Part shown: positions 25,779-38,019 of the stretch, piece by piece
Layout: each line of letters begins with the position of its first letter
Numbering within the stretch: the first letter of the stretch is position 1
NCBI GenBank assembly: GCA_001244265.2
Contig: CDLV01000012.1
Location: 806,001 to 870,000 of the forward strand
Source: Microbotryum violaceum
Lineage: Eukaryota
DNA length: 64,000 nt
Direction of reading: 5' to 3'
Notes under the pieces: model-generated
Databases searched by the model: none
What the model was told of the DNA's origin: nothing
The model's input: the letters and a program-made list of their open reading frames with translations, nothing else
Translations under genes and position numbers: made by a program

Positions 25779-27040
25779 CTACTGGGAGGGCAAGTTCGGG
25801 ACGGCGAAATCGCGCATGTGCTCATCCTGTGGAGTTAGAAGGGGTTGCGTGGCATCCACGTCAGTAAAAATCTAATTAATATGTATATGGAGACAGAGAA
25901 ACGAGTCAAGAATCAACTCACGTAGGAACGGAAGTGGAGCTTGCGGCCGGCGGTGTCAATCTCCTCCACCTCCTCAGGCTTGAGCTCGGGCAGGGTCTGA
26001 ACCTCGGCGAGCTTCTTGATGCGGCCCTCGTTGCCGGACGCGGTCACGGCGACGACACCCTTGGCACGAGTCCACAACAACAAAGCTCCCGCGGCATCAA
26101 CATCTTTGCCCGTCTCGGAAGAGATGCGCTTGGCGATGCGCTCGAGAATCGGCTTGATCGGTCCGCCCGTCGGGTGACGGAGCAGGGGGGTAAGAGGACC
26201 GTAGGCTTCAGTGCGGATGCCATGCTTCTCCTGAATTTTGAGCAGAGGCTCGAGCTGCTCGAGCAAGTAAGGGTGGTACTCGAGCTCTGTAGAGGGCAGA
26301 GCGATTTGACTGTGAGCACGAGCCAAGAAAAAACCCTAGGACAGGGCAGGCAAGGACGGAACGCACGGTTGACGACCGGCTTGTACTTGACCTGGTCCAA
26401 AAAGCCTTCAAAGTCCTGGGGTCGGAAGTTAGAGACACCAATCGAAGACTCGAGCTCGCCTTTGTCCTTCATCTCTTCAAGCACACGCCAGAACGCGAGC
26501 ATCTCCCCCTTGGGTGCGAGGAAGGGGTTGTGGATGAGCAGCAGGTTTGGGTGGAAGCCGAGACGATGAATGGTGGATTGCACGGCCTTCTGGGCATCAG
26601 CGACGGGAATCGGGGCATTATCGGGATTGCCTTCTTTCTGAGAGACTGTGGAAAGAAGTGACCTCGTCCAATCGGTAAGCGCCGGACGACAGGGTAGCTC
26701 TGCGGGCCGAGCGGCGGACTCACGCTTGGAGGTGACGAAGAGCTCGGCGCGGGGAACGGCCGAGTTGCTGATGCTTTGACCCGTCTCCTCTTCGTTATCG
26801 TAACCTAAGAACGGTCGAACAGGCAAAACTATCAAGGACTTGTTCTCCTCCAACGAGGACGTATGCTCCCCGAGTGCACTCCTCACCTTGCGCAGTGTCG
26901 ATGTGGCGGATGCCAGCGCCGAGCGCAATCTTGCCGGACTCGACGGCGGTCTTCTTCGCATCACCTGTCCCATTGCCCCATCCGAGGGTCGGGATCTTGG
27001 TGCCGTCGTGCAGATCGAAGGTGGGGACGGAAAAGCTCAT
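25779..27040 (-). CDS. Aldo-keto reductase, multi-exon
   Basis: IPTLGWGNGT, GIRHIDTAQ|GYDNEE, ELFVTSK, LLLIHNP, SIGVSNF, EYHPY, EAYGPL. Last exon DEHMRDFAVPNLPSQ* stops at 25779. Confidence 0.9.
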
Positions 27041-27999
27041 CGTGGATCGGGTCTGTCGAGGATGTAAGCGAGGTTTGAGTGACCGAGCTGCTGCTGCACC
27101 AAGCCGGCACGGCCTGAAAAATCAATCGATCTAGCTCAAGAAGGGGCTTCGAGGGTGCAATCGAGCATCGAAGCAAGCTCAGAATGCGACCAGGTTGACT
27201 CACATGAGACTCTGGGTTGGTCCAGGTGTGTGAGGTGGAGAGACACGAGCGAAGAAGCGCTACGCTGAGGTCAACTTCTTTGGAGTGAAGCGGCGAGATC
27301 GAAGCAGATCGAAGCGAGCTAGTTGGGTAGATCGAGAGCGATGACGTCGTCGTGGCGGACGGCTGAGGTCGGCCGGTTTTGTCAGACACGGCTCCGTCTA
27401 CCTTCTGGGACGACGAGTCGCCAGTGTACGAGCAGGCTTGCTCGACTCAACTGGAGCGAGCACGTAATCCGTCGAGATCCTTCGCTGATAGTGCGTCGCC
27501 ATGTCGTCGCCTCTGTAGCTCTTCGCTCCTCGGCTGCTTCCCACATCGCACTCACGCCATCGCCCTCGACAACTCATTCTGCGCGGCGCACTCTTTACGA
27601 TATGGCCCAGCCTTCTTGGAATGGACTACCTCGCGTCGAAGCTCTGGAACAGAACGTTGGCAACTCGGCGAACTCCGATGTGTTTCAAGCTTGCATCAGG
27701 CTCATAAACACGGCCCATGATGTCAGTCACATCATCCGCCAGGTCGCAGGCTGGATTGGAGTTCTAGCAAGTCATGTCATTCCGGCGTATCACGTCTTGT
27801 TTTTCAGCAGAGCTGCTCTCTAGCAATGCCCATCGCGAGGTTGCTGTCACTCGCTGACGGCCGGGACTCGGGCTGTCCCGAGACGGAAGTTGCCCTGACA
27901 AACGGGTGGCACTATGATGCCCTACCAATTCAACCGCGTTGATGGAGCAGAATCAGAGGTCTGACGTCGCCTTTGTGTAGGTGTAGCGATGACGTCATA

Positions 28000-28139
28000 T
28001 TTACATTTACATTTACATTTACATTTACATTTTACATTTACATTTACATTTACATTTACATTTACATTTACATTTACATTTACATTTACATTTACATTTA
28101 CATTTTACATTTTACATTTTACATTTACATTTACATTTA
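28000..28139 (+). repeat. (TTTACA)n hexamer microsatellite, ~23 units with a few TTTTACA variants
   Basis: Directly visible tandem array. Confidence 0.97.
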
Positions 28140-28754
28140 GTGTTCCGGGTCGGCCAATCGTCGCCGAAGAATCGGCGGCGGCCCAGACTTCGCGATCAGC
28201 CATTTATAATGCATGTTGGTCGGAAAAGGCGTTGCCGTGCAGATATATCCGAACTATACGAATCAACCCTATCCGATGACAAGAGATGAAAGTTAGATTG
28301 GCCGAAACCACTCATCGAATTCGCAAAATTCGGACACTTGAGAGCAGTTGCATATGCTTTGAATGCAAAAAGCTGCACCCGCAAGGCTGGCCTGGGGAAC
28401 CGCCGCCCGTCGGCCGGCTTAGTCAGACACGGCTGCGACGTACCGAGTTGTCGAAAAGTGCCCCAAAAGAATCCAACTGAATGTAATCGCGAGAAAGAGT
28501 GCGTAAAAGGATCGACTTGGTTATGTCAGCCTGAATCATATTTTTCCACATGCAGTGGCACGGTCCGGTCACGACTCCGACTCAGTCGGGTGCAGTGCAG
28601 TGGAATCGATCGTCGTCTATGTTTACCGCGTTTTGACGCTTTTGAGGCGCGTCGCGTAGTTGTCGCGTCAGGCTGGTGCCAGTACTGCTGAGCGCGAACT
28701 GTTCGCTTCCACTCTCCTGTCCTGTGCCTCACGGTTTGCGCCCGATCCTATTGG

Positions 28755-31700
28755 ATGGCCAGAAAATTGACGGCGGCGAGTTCGTGAGTTGAACATGCCC
28801 GCCAGCTCCGATGCTGCGTTGGGCCAATACTGATTCTGTCCCTCTCCTTTTCCCATTCTTGACGATACGGGCCACTTATCCTCCCCTTACCTCCGACCAC
28901 CGGTCTTGCTGCCCTAGCGTCGCCTCCTCGAGCAGTCAATCCACGGTCCCTCGTCAGACGTTGCTCTCGGCCTACTTCGCCAAGAGCTCTCCGACGTCTA
29001 CGCCTACGCCCACCCCTTCATCGGCAGAGACGCGTAACCGCCAGGTCCCGGCTACGAACGGATCACGACGCCAAGCGGCAGTGGCAACAACTGGACCACT
29101 AGCTTCCAGCAGCTCCGCACCTTCGTCACCCTCTCACACGACATTGAACATTCAAATCAAGGCCAAGCTGCAGAACGGTGCTTCACAGTCGTCGATAAGC
29201 ATCAGAACCGAGGATCAGAGCCAGTCGGTCACCGCCAGCCCTTCCAGCAGCTCTGCGAACGACGATCCGGTCGCCTTGTTGAGCCGGTCCAGTCCCCACA
29301 CCAAGCTACCGGATGCAAGTGGTTCCTCGCAATCCACGACGCCGCATACGCCGACTCGGTCCACGATGAAGCAGCCGAACGGAATACACGTAAGTCAGCC
29401 CTCCATACGGCGAGCTCGACACGCTGACACGCGTCTGAATTCTTGCTCGAGCGACCGCGATGTGAGGTTCTAATCCATTGTTTCGTGCATTGCCAGATCA
29501 CCCCCAAGACTTCGACGAGCCAGACCGTTACAACACACTCGAGCGGGGGAATACGCACGACCCCAGCTCACGTGATTAGAGCGGGCAGCTCCACGGTTGA
29601 GAATGGCGCAGGCTGCTCTCTCGCCAAGCAAACCGGCGAGATTTTACAGTCTGGTCCAGCCTCGAGCGCCAAGGGCAAGGGACGACAGGAGCCCATCGAA
29701 GACCAATTTCATGATCATACTGATTCGGCGATGTCCGAGGACGATGCAGACCAAGACGACGTGGAGCCGGACAGCTGTCCCGACTCGCAAGAGAACGAAG
29801 TTCCGCTGTGTTCCCAACCCTCGCAAGCTCGATCTCAGCGCATCCAGAGCCCGCAGACTCGACAGACGACCCCTCTTCCCGATTTTCGATCCGTGCCAGC
29901 GTCTCATTTCTACTCAACTCCGATAGCTCGTTCGGTGGAAGCCGCACTCGTTCTCTCAGGCCACGGAACGTCGGCTCCCGTGAATCCTCCTGCAACAGGT
30001 GATCCCATTGTCACGACGAGTGGTGCGAACGGCGTGATTAGAACTAGTCCATCCTGGTCGTTAGTATCCCAGTCCAACGCCAAAGCTCTCATGACACCAG
30101 ATTGTTCGTCAGCTTCACGCTTTGTGCGATCGCCGAGCAATTCTTCGCTTTCGTCTCTCGAACCGTCCCCTGTCAAGTCATCACGTTCGCCCGTCAAAAT
30201 TGGCTCGCCACCGGCTCGCAAACCCCACTCGTTCGTGCTCGAAGTGCCATTGGCACGTGTCCGCGATCGAACGATCTCGCTCACACCGCGCCGGAAGCGT
30301 AGAGCCCGCTCCTCCTCTGACGATAGCTCCGGCTCGGCGAGCGCAAGTGATTCAGACGACGAGGCGCTGAAAGCAGCGTTACTGCGAGCCGCGGCCCGCC
30401 GAGCGGAAGGCAAGGCGCTCAACTCAGAACCACCCAATTATGTTGCCACATCGCACGATGGCGACGACAGACGACGATCATTTCGGCCCCGAGCGGCGCC
30501 GGGGGCATCGACGACGAACGTCGTCAAGCCCAAGCACGACTTCGGCTTCGGAGGCCTCTCGTCAGCGACGCGAGGTGGCTTTTCGATCGCGGCCCTCAAA
30601 CGCGAACGCGATGCCAAAGCCGCCCGTGGGGTCTCTGAAGCTTGGATTGAGGGCAAACGTCTTATGATGAACGCGAGCGACTCGGACTCGTCGGATGAGG
30701 ACGCCCTGGCCGACCCGTTCGTGTCGACGCTGACCGCGGATCAAGTTGACGAAATGACCAAGGTCGCTGCGGACGTGGTCGTTGATCCTGACTTGGATCC
30801 GGAACTGATTGGATCTCCGGAGAAGCGGGATGCGAGCGATCGTTCCCGAGCAATGGCGCGTGTGCTCAAGGACGACTTAGGAAAGTCACCCGAGGCAACA
30901 TCGATTGACGAAGCTGTGCAGCAACGCGTCTGCTGGCGCAAGGAGACCAGGGCCACCGCCTGGACGAGGATGACTGATAGTGACGGTGAAGAGATGACCG
31001 GACCTCTCACAGAAGCCATTTTAAGAGCCATCGAAGGTAAGTATAATTGTGTAAGTCGGTCTGCGACTCTAGACTAAATTCCGACTCTCATTCGCAGACG
31101 GGCGCCGCGATGCCTCGCGCTTTCCTGCACCGATCGCCTTGTTGCCTCGCCGCGCTTGTCACTCGCTCGACGACTACAAAATAGGCGCGCAGCATCTCCT
31201 ATCGCTGATCTGCCATCCGCACACCAACTCTGAGCTCGCCGAACGAGGGCATGCCCTACTGGACCGAATCATTGTCCGCGAGGCTTCGAGCGCCCCACCA
31301 CGAGATGCGCTTTTCACAGCGCTTGATTTCGAAGAGCAGCTGAGAGTACTGGGCCTCAAGACCGATGCGCTCTCCCACACAGACCCCGAGAGACTTCCCC
31401 CAAGCTCTCCTCTCACGGATCTTGACGATGAGGACTCGACCACTCAGCCCCAGCAACCTATCGTGACCGACGAGCAACGAGTCGCAGCGGTGACGAGGTT
31501 GGTTCGAGTCGTCCAGGCACTCGCATCCTCGCGGTAAGTCGACTTTACCCGAGCGAGCCCCACAAATCAGCCAACTGAAATTATGTCAACATGACCACAG
31601 ACCGAATTGCGTTCTAAGAACTTGCGATATTGCCCCTTTGGTAACCGTCTTTGTCCGGCTCGCGCTCGATCCGTCGGCGGCGCCGCTGCGGGGTCCCTTC

Positions 31701-32682
31701 GAAGCCGTTCTGAGGAGTCTGCTCGATGCCGTCTCTTTCCAGGACACAGCCACTGTAAGTGTGCATCGATCTCGATCTGGTGCTTTGATCGTCGACGCCA
31801 GACTAAACAACTCGTTTTTGCAAGCAGAGGAGGTCCATCTTTTCGAGACTGCTGGGCCTGTACCCCATCCGCGATGCCCATCTCCATGTCGAAGTGCTGC
31901 GCGCCTTGCCTCGACAGAGCGAGGTCGCCTTGAGCCTCAGAGCTGCGCTGGCCTGGGGCTGGCTATTTAACGTCGAGGCAACCCCTTCCTCGAAGGAGCA
32001 CGGTGTGAGTTCCTAGCGACATATACTTTGATACTGCTCGCCCCAGTGTTGACCTTGGGTGATCTCTCACGTTGGCCACAGCATCTCGACGACCCGCATC
32101 ACCGGCCAGCGCACCTCAAGGCTGTGCTGCGCATGCTCACCTCGCCGAAGTCGGACAGACCGTTCATGGTCACCCGAGACGTCGACGATACGGTCTTGTA
32201 CTACAACGCCCAGCTGCTGTCGATCGCTCTGTCGGATGTCGTGGAGGGTCTATACGACCCGGATCCTGAACAGCGTCGAGCGATCCGAGAGCTCGTCGAA
32301 CAGATCTTCACGACGCTCAATGGCATCGAGAACAGGATTCGTGAGTATGGCATGGTATCTCAGAGAGTCCAACTGTTTTTTGATGCTCATGCTGGTTTTG
32401 CTCTTGCTGTCTCCAGGGACGGACGTCCGCCATGGGAATCCGATGAGGAACCGAGCCAAGAACGCGTTGACCCGGGTCGCGCACGCTCTGACATATGCCT
32501 GGCGGGCAGCCAAAGGTCAGAACGCCGGTCTCGACTTCTCGAGCATCACCAATGCTACTATCGAGAATGATGAGCAGCAGGGTGGCGGTCTTGGTGCGTC
32601 GACGGGCCCGAGGTTCCAGACGACGCTCGACTCGATATTCGCCAAGAGACCCAGGTTGATCGAGGCCGGGGGTGGGGAATGA
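28755..32682 (+). CDS. Large uncharacterised nuclear protein with disordered N-terminus and helical C-terminus (possible Nse6/SLF2-like)
   Basis: ORFs 28811, 29443, 31139, 31638, 32028 and 32059 are bounded by GT/AG sites. Probable first exon MARKLTAAS|GTGAGT at 28755; basic NLS-like PRRKRR. Confidence 0.65.
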
Positions 32683-32959
32683 GCGCCGTATCGGTGGGTA
32701 GAAGAAAAAGGGGTCTGTACTAGACTTTCATGCTTGTGCTTCTTTGCTTCGTTTTATTTTGTTTTTGTGTTAAGTTGTTCCCATCATCGTAATCCGAGAA
32801 GTGCCGAGTTGTGCTACGCGAAGATTCTGCCGCTTGTCAGCACCGTACTGACCCGATGAGTCAGCCGAAAGAGTCGGGGGCGCCCGACCTCGGCCGCCCG
32901 AGCCGAAATTCAGCTTGGTTGCATTCCCATCACTCCCCCTGGACAACCCTCAGCGCAGC

Positions 32960-34237
32960 ATGTCGGACGAAGCACCCATCAAGTTCATCAAGAAGCGGAA
33001 AGGTGCACCTACAGGCTTGAGGCAAAAGGAAGCCGTTGCATCGACTTCGACCGCTGCTGCACCGTCAACTTCGACAGCGAACGGCGAAGGTGAAGCGCCG
33101 GTCGAGAGCGAAGTCATCCACGCGACCAAACGCCACCTCACCAGCCACCTCGTACAAGGCACAGCAGGTGCGATACGGAAACGAAAGGAGAAGGACGCGT
33201 TCGCGGATCTGTCGGATGAGGATGAGGAAGCTGCCGAGGCTGAGAGGACCAGGCAGACGGTCGGAGTTCGGTACTCGGCGACGACCAAACGGGAACGACG
33301 GAGGAGCAGTTCACCCCCCGCCGAAGTATCGGCCGAGTTGATCAAGTTGCAGCAACAGAGCAAGGGCAAGGACGGCGATAGATCGGCGAGGGACGTGCCG
33401 GATGATGGCTTGTACAGAGGTGCCAAGGCGACGCAGCATCAGGTGACCAAGTCGTTTGGACCCATCAAAGGCGGACCGGACAATGTGCGCCAAATCACCC
33501 TCGTCGATTACCAACCCGATGTGTGCAAAGACTATAAAGGTGAGTCTACATCTCGTAGGGTTTGTGGAAGAGGGCTTGCCGTTTTCCGCGGCCTGCCTTT
33601 CGTCCACCTCGGCACTCTTGCTCAGTACGACTGCAGACACTGACAATCCCTTGATATCCCGTTGACAGAAACGGGCTTCTGCGGTTTTGGCGACTCGTGC
33701 AAGTTCTTGCATGATCGAGGCGACTACCTCCACGGCTGGCAACTCGACAACTCGTTCCTCTCCTCCTCGGCCGCGGCCGGCTCCTTCCTCTCGAAGCAAC
33801 AGGCGCGAGACAACCCCGACGAGAACGACGAACAAGAACCCGTCGACGACCTCCCCTTCGCCTGTCTCATCTGTCGACAACCATTTGGTAAGGACCCAGT
33901 CGTCACACTGTGCGGGCACTACTTTGATGCGGCGTGCGCGATCAAACGATTCGCCAAGACGGGCAAATGCTTTGCGTGTGGAACGAGCACGAACGGCGTC
34001 TTCAATCGCGCGACCAAGTTGATTGACAAGATCAAGGAGAGGGAGAAGCTGTTGGAGGAGGCCAAGGAACAGGAGAAGGAGTTTGAGGATGATGAAGGAG
34101 GGATTGAGATCGAGGGATTGGAAGAAGAGGCTGGAGGTGCGAGTCGAGCACGGCAGGAGAAGGAGGAGGAAGAGATGTACGAGGATGAGGAGCCGAGACC
34201 GGCCAAGAAACGTAGACCTATTATTCAAATCATGTAA
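32960..34237 (+). CDS. CWC24: Pre-mRNA splicing factor Cwc24/RNF113 (CCCH + RING)
   Basis: DYQPDVCKDYK|ETGFCGFGDSCKFLHDRGDY and LPFACLICR...CGHYF...CFACG...GVFN. Confidence 0.95.
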
Positions 34238-34569
34238 TGTGAGATCTAGTTGAGGTTTTTACAAATCACTGCGAGCAATGAGATCAAGAGCCCCGAGAGT
34301 CACGTAAACGCGCCGAACACGAGTACTCAGCGTAGGCGCCTTGGGCAGATGCGAAGCCAGTTCAAATCCATCAATCCAGTTTTCCCGGCAAACTGATCCA
34401 ACTCAGTCCCTCGCGTGCCTCTCTCATCACACGTCGTTTTTTGGGGGCATAGGGGCGGGGAGGGAGCTGTTTATTGCACGTAGCGCTCGACTACTTTTGC
34501 CGTACTCGACACCAACCCCAAAAGAGCACTTCCTTCATAATCCCAGCCAACACACGACCACACCTGCGC

Positions 34570-35509
34570 TTAGAAGTTCTTCTTGGACGAGAGGGCCAAG
34601 TGCGACGAGAACTCATCGAAGGGGGTCTGGGAGAAGGGGATCTTCTCCCACAGGTCGGGGGTGAGGAAACCGTAGGTCTGCGAGATGGCGGCAAAGGTGG
34701 CCTTGATGAAGTTACCGAGGGTCGAGGTGTTACCACGCGACGCGGTGTAGCAATCCTCGACACCGGCGAGCTGGAGCATTCGCTTCGAGGCGGGGGCGGC
34801 GACAATGCCGGTTCCTCGGGGTGCGGGGACGAGGCCGACGTAGACGGATCCGACCTTGCCGTTGACCTTGCAGGGGACGGTGTGGGGCTCACCGAGCTTG
34901 TTGCCCCAGTAGCCGCGTCGGACGGGGACGACCGAAAGCTTGGCGAGGATGATGGCGCCTCGGATGGCGGTGGCGACTTCCTTGGCGCACTTGACACCCA
35001 GTCCGACGTGGCCGTCAAAGTCACCGACGGCCACGAACGCCTTGAAGCGGGTGCGTTGACCGGCACGGGTCTGCTTTTGGACGGGCATGATTTGCATGAC
35101 CTCGTCTGGAGTACACGGAGAGCGGGGTGTCAGTCAGTACTAGACGCGAATTATTGCGGGTCCATGAATCGCACGGGCGTGAAACTGACCCTTGAGCTTG
35201 GGGAGAAGGATGTCAATGATTTGGTATTCCTTGACGGGGAGGGAGAAGAGGTAAATTTCCTCGATCGACTTGATCTTGCCGTCCTTTACGAGGCGACCGA
35301 GCTTGGTGACGGGAACCCTGTGGGGGACACCGGTTGCAGGAATGAGTGGCTGCTTTACGCGCCTAGCACACATCCCCGCTCTCGTGCCCAACTCACCATT
35401 CACTCTCCTCATCCTTTCGGGCTCCACGACGGGGACCTCGACGAGGTCCTCGACGGTCACCGCGGCCTCGACCGAAACCGCCACGAGATTCACCAGCAGG
35501 TGCAGACAT
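34570..35509 (-). CDS. RPS2: 40S ribosomal protein S2 (uS5)
   Basis: RGG-rich N-terminus, [51 protein letters not shown]. Two CDS introns. Confidence 0.97.
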
Positions 35510-36505
35510 GCTGTTGGTGGATGCAGAGCATAGGAGGGTCAGCAAGAGTTGCGCGTGATGGGCGTTGTGGTCGTGGGTGTGCCAGTTGTAGTGTTCGTAG
35601 TCCTTCGCTGCTGCTGGTAGTGGAGTCTGCGGTAGTCGTGGCCGTCGAGCTCGCAAGACACTCGCTGCTGCTCGCTCAGTGCGCCGTGGCCCAGCGACGG
35701 TCGAACGTGCAACAAACCCTGCAGCCACGCTCCCCAACTCCTCCCATCGCATCCGCTGTTCCCAGACCAGTCTCATGTCCATCATGTATACCCAGCCGTT
35801 CCAACGGTGTCCTACAAGACCGTGCATCCCGGCCCGTGCGAGTCGTGCGCCGCCGCTCATTTTTTGCTCGCGGCCCGCCCCAGCGCTCGAGGCCCACACG
35901 CCCCAGCCAGCCCACACGCCTGCGACCGACCGCACACCGCACACCGCAGACGGTCTCGCTGCCCCTCCCGTCGTCGTCGCATGTCGCACCACCGCAGGTC
36001 GAGTCGTGGCCTCGTCGGACCCATTTGCTGCTCGCCCAATCCGTCACGAGAGGAAGGGGTGGGGTACGTACATGTAAGGGAGATGAGTGGACGACGGCTT
36101 GTGCTAGCAACTACGGCAACTGGCCAGACACCAGGAAAGAAGCCCGCTTCCGACTCCCTTGGCCCCCAGGCGCGCCTCGCCCTTTCACTCTGCTCGTAAA
36201 ATCAGCGGCGGCGCGTCGGTTGCGGAGCGGCATCGAGCGGAGCGCAATAAAATCCGCTCCGACGCCGGTTTTGGCCGGACGAAATCACTCCCCCTCAACG
36301 ACAGCGGAGAAATGGGCGCTCGCACATAAGCAGGGCTAAGATCGTACATTCCCGTGCTGTCTTCATTTTATGTAGTGTTCTAGTACTCTGGAAAGAAACA
36401 GAGTCTGGTTCATTCAAGAACAGTCGGTGCACAAGTTAGCCGGGCCCGAAAAGGAGAAAACCCCCAACTTAAGTCGATCGGCCGGCTTTCAAAGACCCTT
36501 TTGAG

Positions 36506-37182
36506 CTAGGATTGAAACCCTTCGTTCAAAGCCTCAGCCTCCCTCCGTATCAATTCCTTTGCACTATCCATCACATCCTCAAGATTCATCACCGAATGTG
36601 TCGCCCCTTCCACGACCCAAGTCTCTACCTCGACACCTTGCGTCATAGCTGTGCAGATGTGGTTCTCATTGTCGAACCCGCCGAGGACCCATCCTCCTGT
36701 GACGAGTTAAGATTTTTGAGTACATCGATCAGGAGCTGAGCAAATTCGGGGATACCGTGGGTAGCACAACGAGTCATATCAAGTTGGTGTTATACGCACC
36801 TCCATGGAACCTATTTCACACGACAAGATATGATATGTCGTCAACTTTTCGATAGAGTAGATGCGCTGAACCTGAGATTGACTCACCAAAGCAGAACCGG
36901 CCATCCGTCCGCAGGGACTTCACCCAGTGGTGTCCAAGCCCTGACCTTGATATTCTCGTGATCAATGACAAACTCTTCCGTCTTGGCCACTTTCCTGATG
37001 TGGGACAATCCGGGCATCAAGCCTTTGCTCGCAGCGGCGCGGATCGAGGGCGAGTACGGCGTGTCCTCCGTTTTGGGCATGTATATCACGTGTTCGTTGT
37101 GGAACTTTACATATTGCGGGTCCATCAAGGGGAGGTCCGAGGGGTCAATCGGTTGGTGCTTCGTTCGATATGAGGAGGACAT
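36506..37182 (-). pseudogene. HSL-family alpha/beta hydrolase with internal deletion of the catalytic core
   Basis: Spliced product reads GWPVLLW|FHG|GGWVLGGFDNENHICTAMTQG-VEVETWVVEGATHSVM...*. It has no DYRLAPE, GxSxG or catalytic Asp region. Confidence 0.7.
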
Positions 37183-38019
37183 AGTGGCGGGAGGAGGGGT
37201 CTAATCGACCTCTATGGATGCTGCAGTACGGGAGAGCTCTAGTCGGACAAGAAGATGGAGAGGATAGGACGATGAGCGAGGCAAAGGCTGGATCGATCGG
37301 AAGGTGCGAATGGGGCCTGCGCTTTCGAGGATTACATTCGACTGAATCCCCGGATCAGGCTGTACATATATATATGCGGAGCCTCTCGAACCAATTTTTG
37401 TAGGTTTGCATAAAAAGTAATGTTGAATTCGCCCAAGATGATGACCAAGATCAGCCTTCCTCAGCACTCAATCCGGTACTGAGGAAACACAATGTCTCCT
37501 GCACTTGTGTACTAGGTCAGTATCCGACTGAGAGGGCCCCTCAGTTTCAACCCGGAAGTGTCACTCATGCGCTCATTATATTAGACGTTGATTTCTTTTG
37601 ACCTGACTTGGCGGAGCAGCTGAGAGCGAGTTGTAACTGAATTCATGCGCCGCCAACTTCAAGTTGAAGCGACGGCCGGTGCAGGTTGATTGAAGCTCAA
37701 TACATAGCTAAACGACAGAAATCAGGAATCCTCTGCAGTCCAATAAGGCGCGAAAACGCCATGGACCGTCCCCACCCTGACATAGTACCCGACATTGACA
37801 TGTGGCCGGGCCCCAACTTTTGGGCTTTCGCCTCAGACGGCCACCGCAAGTACAGGTCACGTGAGCTTTGCTCACCCGTGCACGACCGACCTCCTGACGC
37901 CAGGTTGCTCTTCCGCTTTGGCCCATCACCTGCGTGTCCTGCGCAAGCACACGTAGCTGGTCGAGCACCCTCATCGAACAAAAGCTTCGTCACCAGAATT
38001 CCAGCTCCACCTCCGCACG

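Noticed and set aside
11999-27040. OYE + GTs + AKR as a secondary-metabolite or glycolipid cluster
   Set aside because: No backbone synthase, acyltransferase, transporter or regulator, and housekeeping UTP13 intervenes.
27602-27910. Possible gene fragment (MAQPSWNG...) upstream of the TTTACA array
   Set aside because: Could not be spliced into a convincing ORF.
27989-28279. ORF with HL/FT repeats; array as telomere or CRISPR
   Set aside because: It is a translation of the TTTACA microsatellite. There are no spacers or cas genes, and it is not the canonical TTAGGG.
34474-36339. 621-aa + strand ORF
   Set aside because: Antisense shadow of RPS2 and its GC-rich leader; no protein-like motifs.
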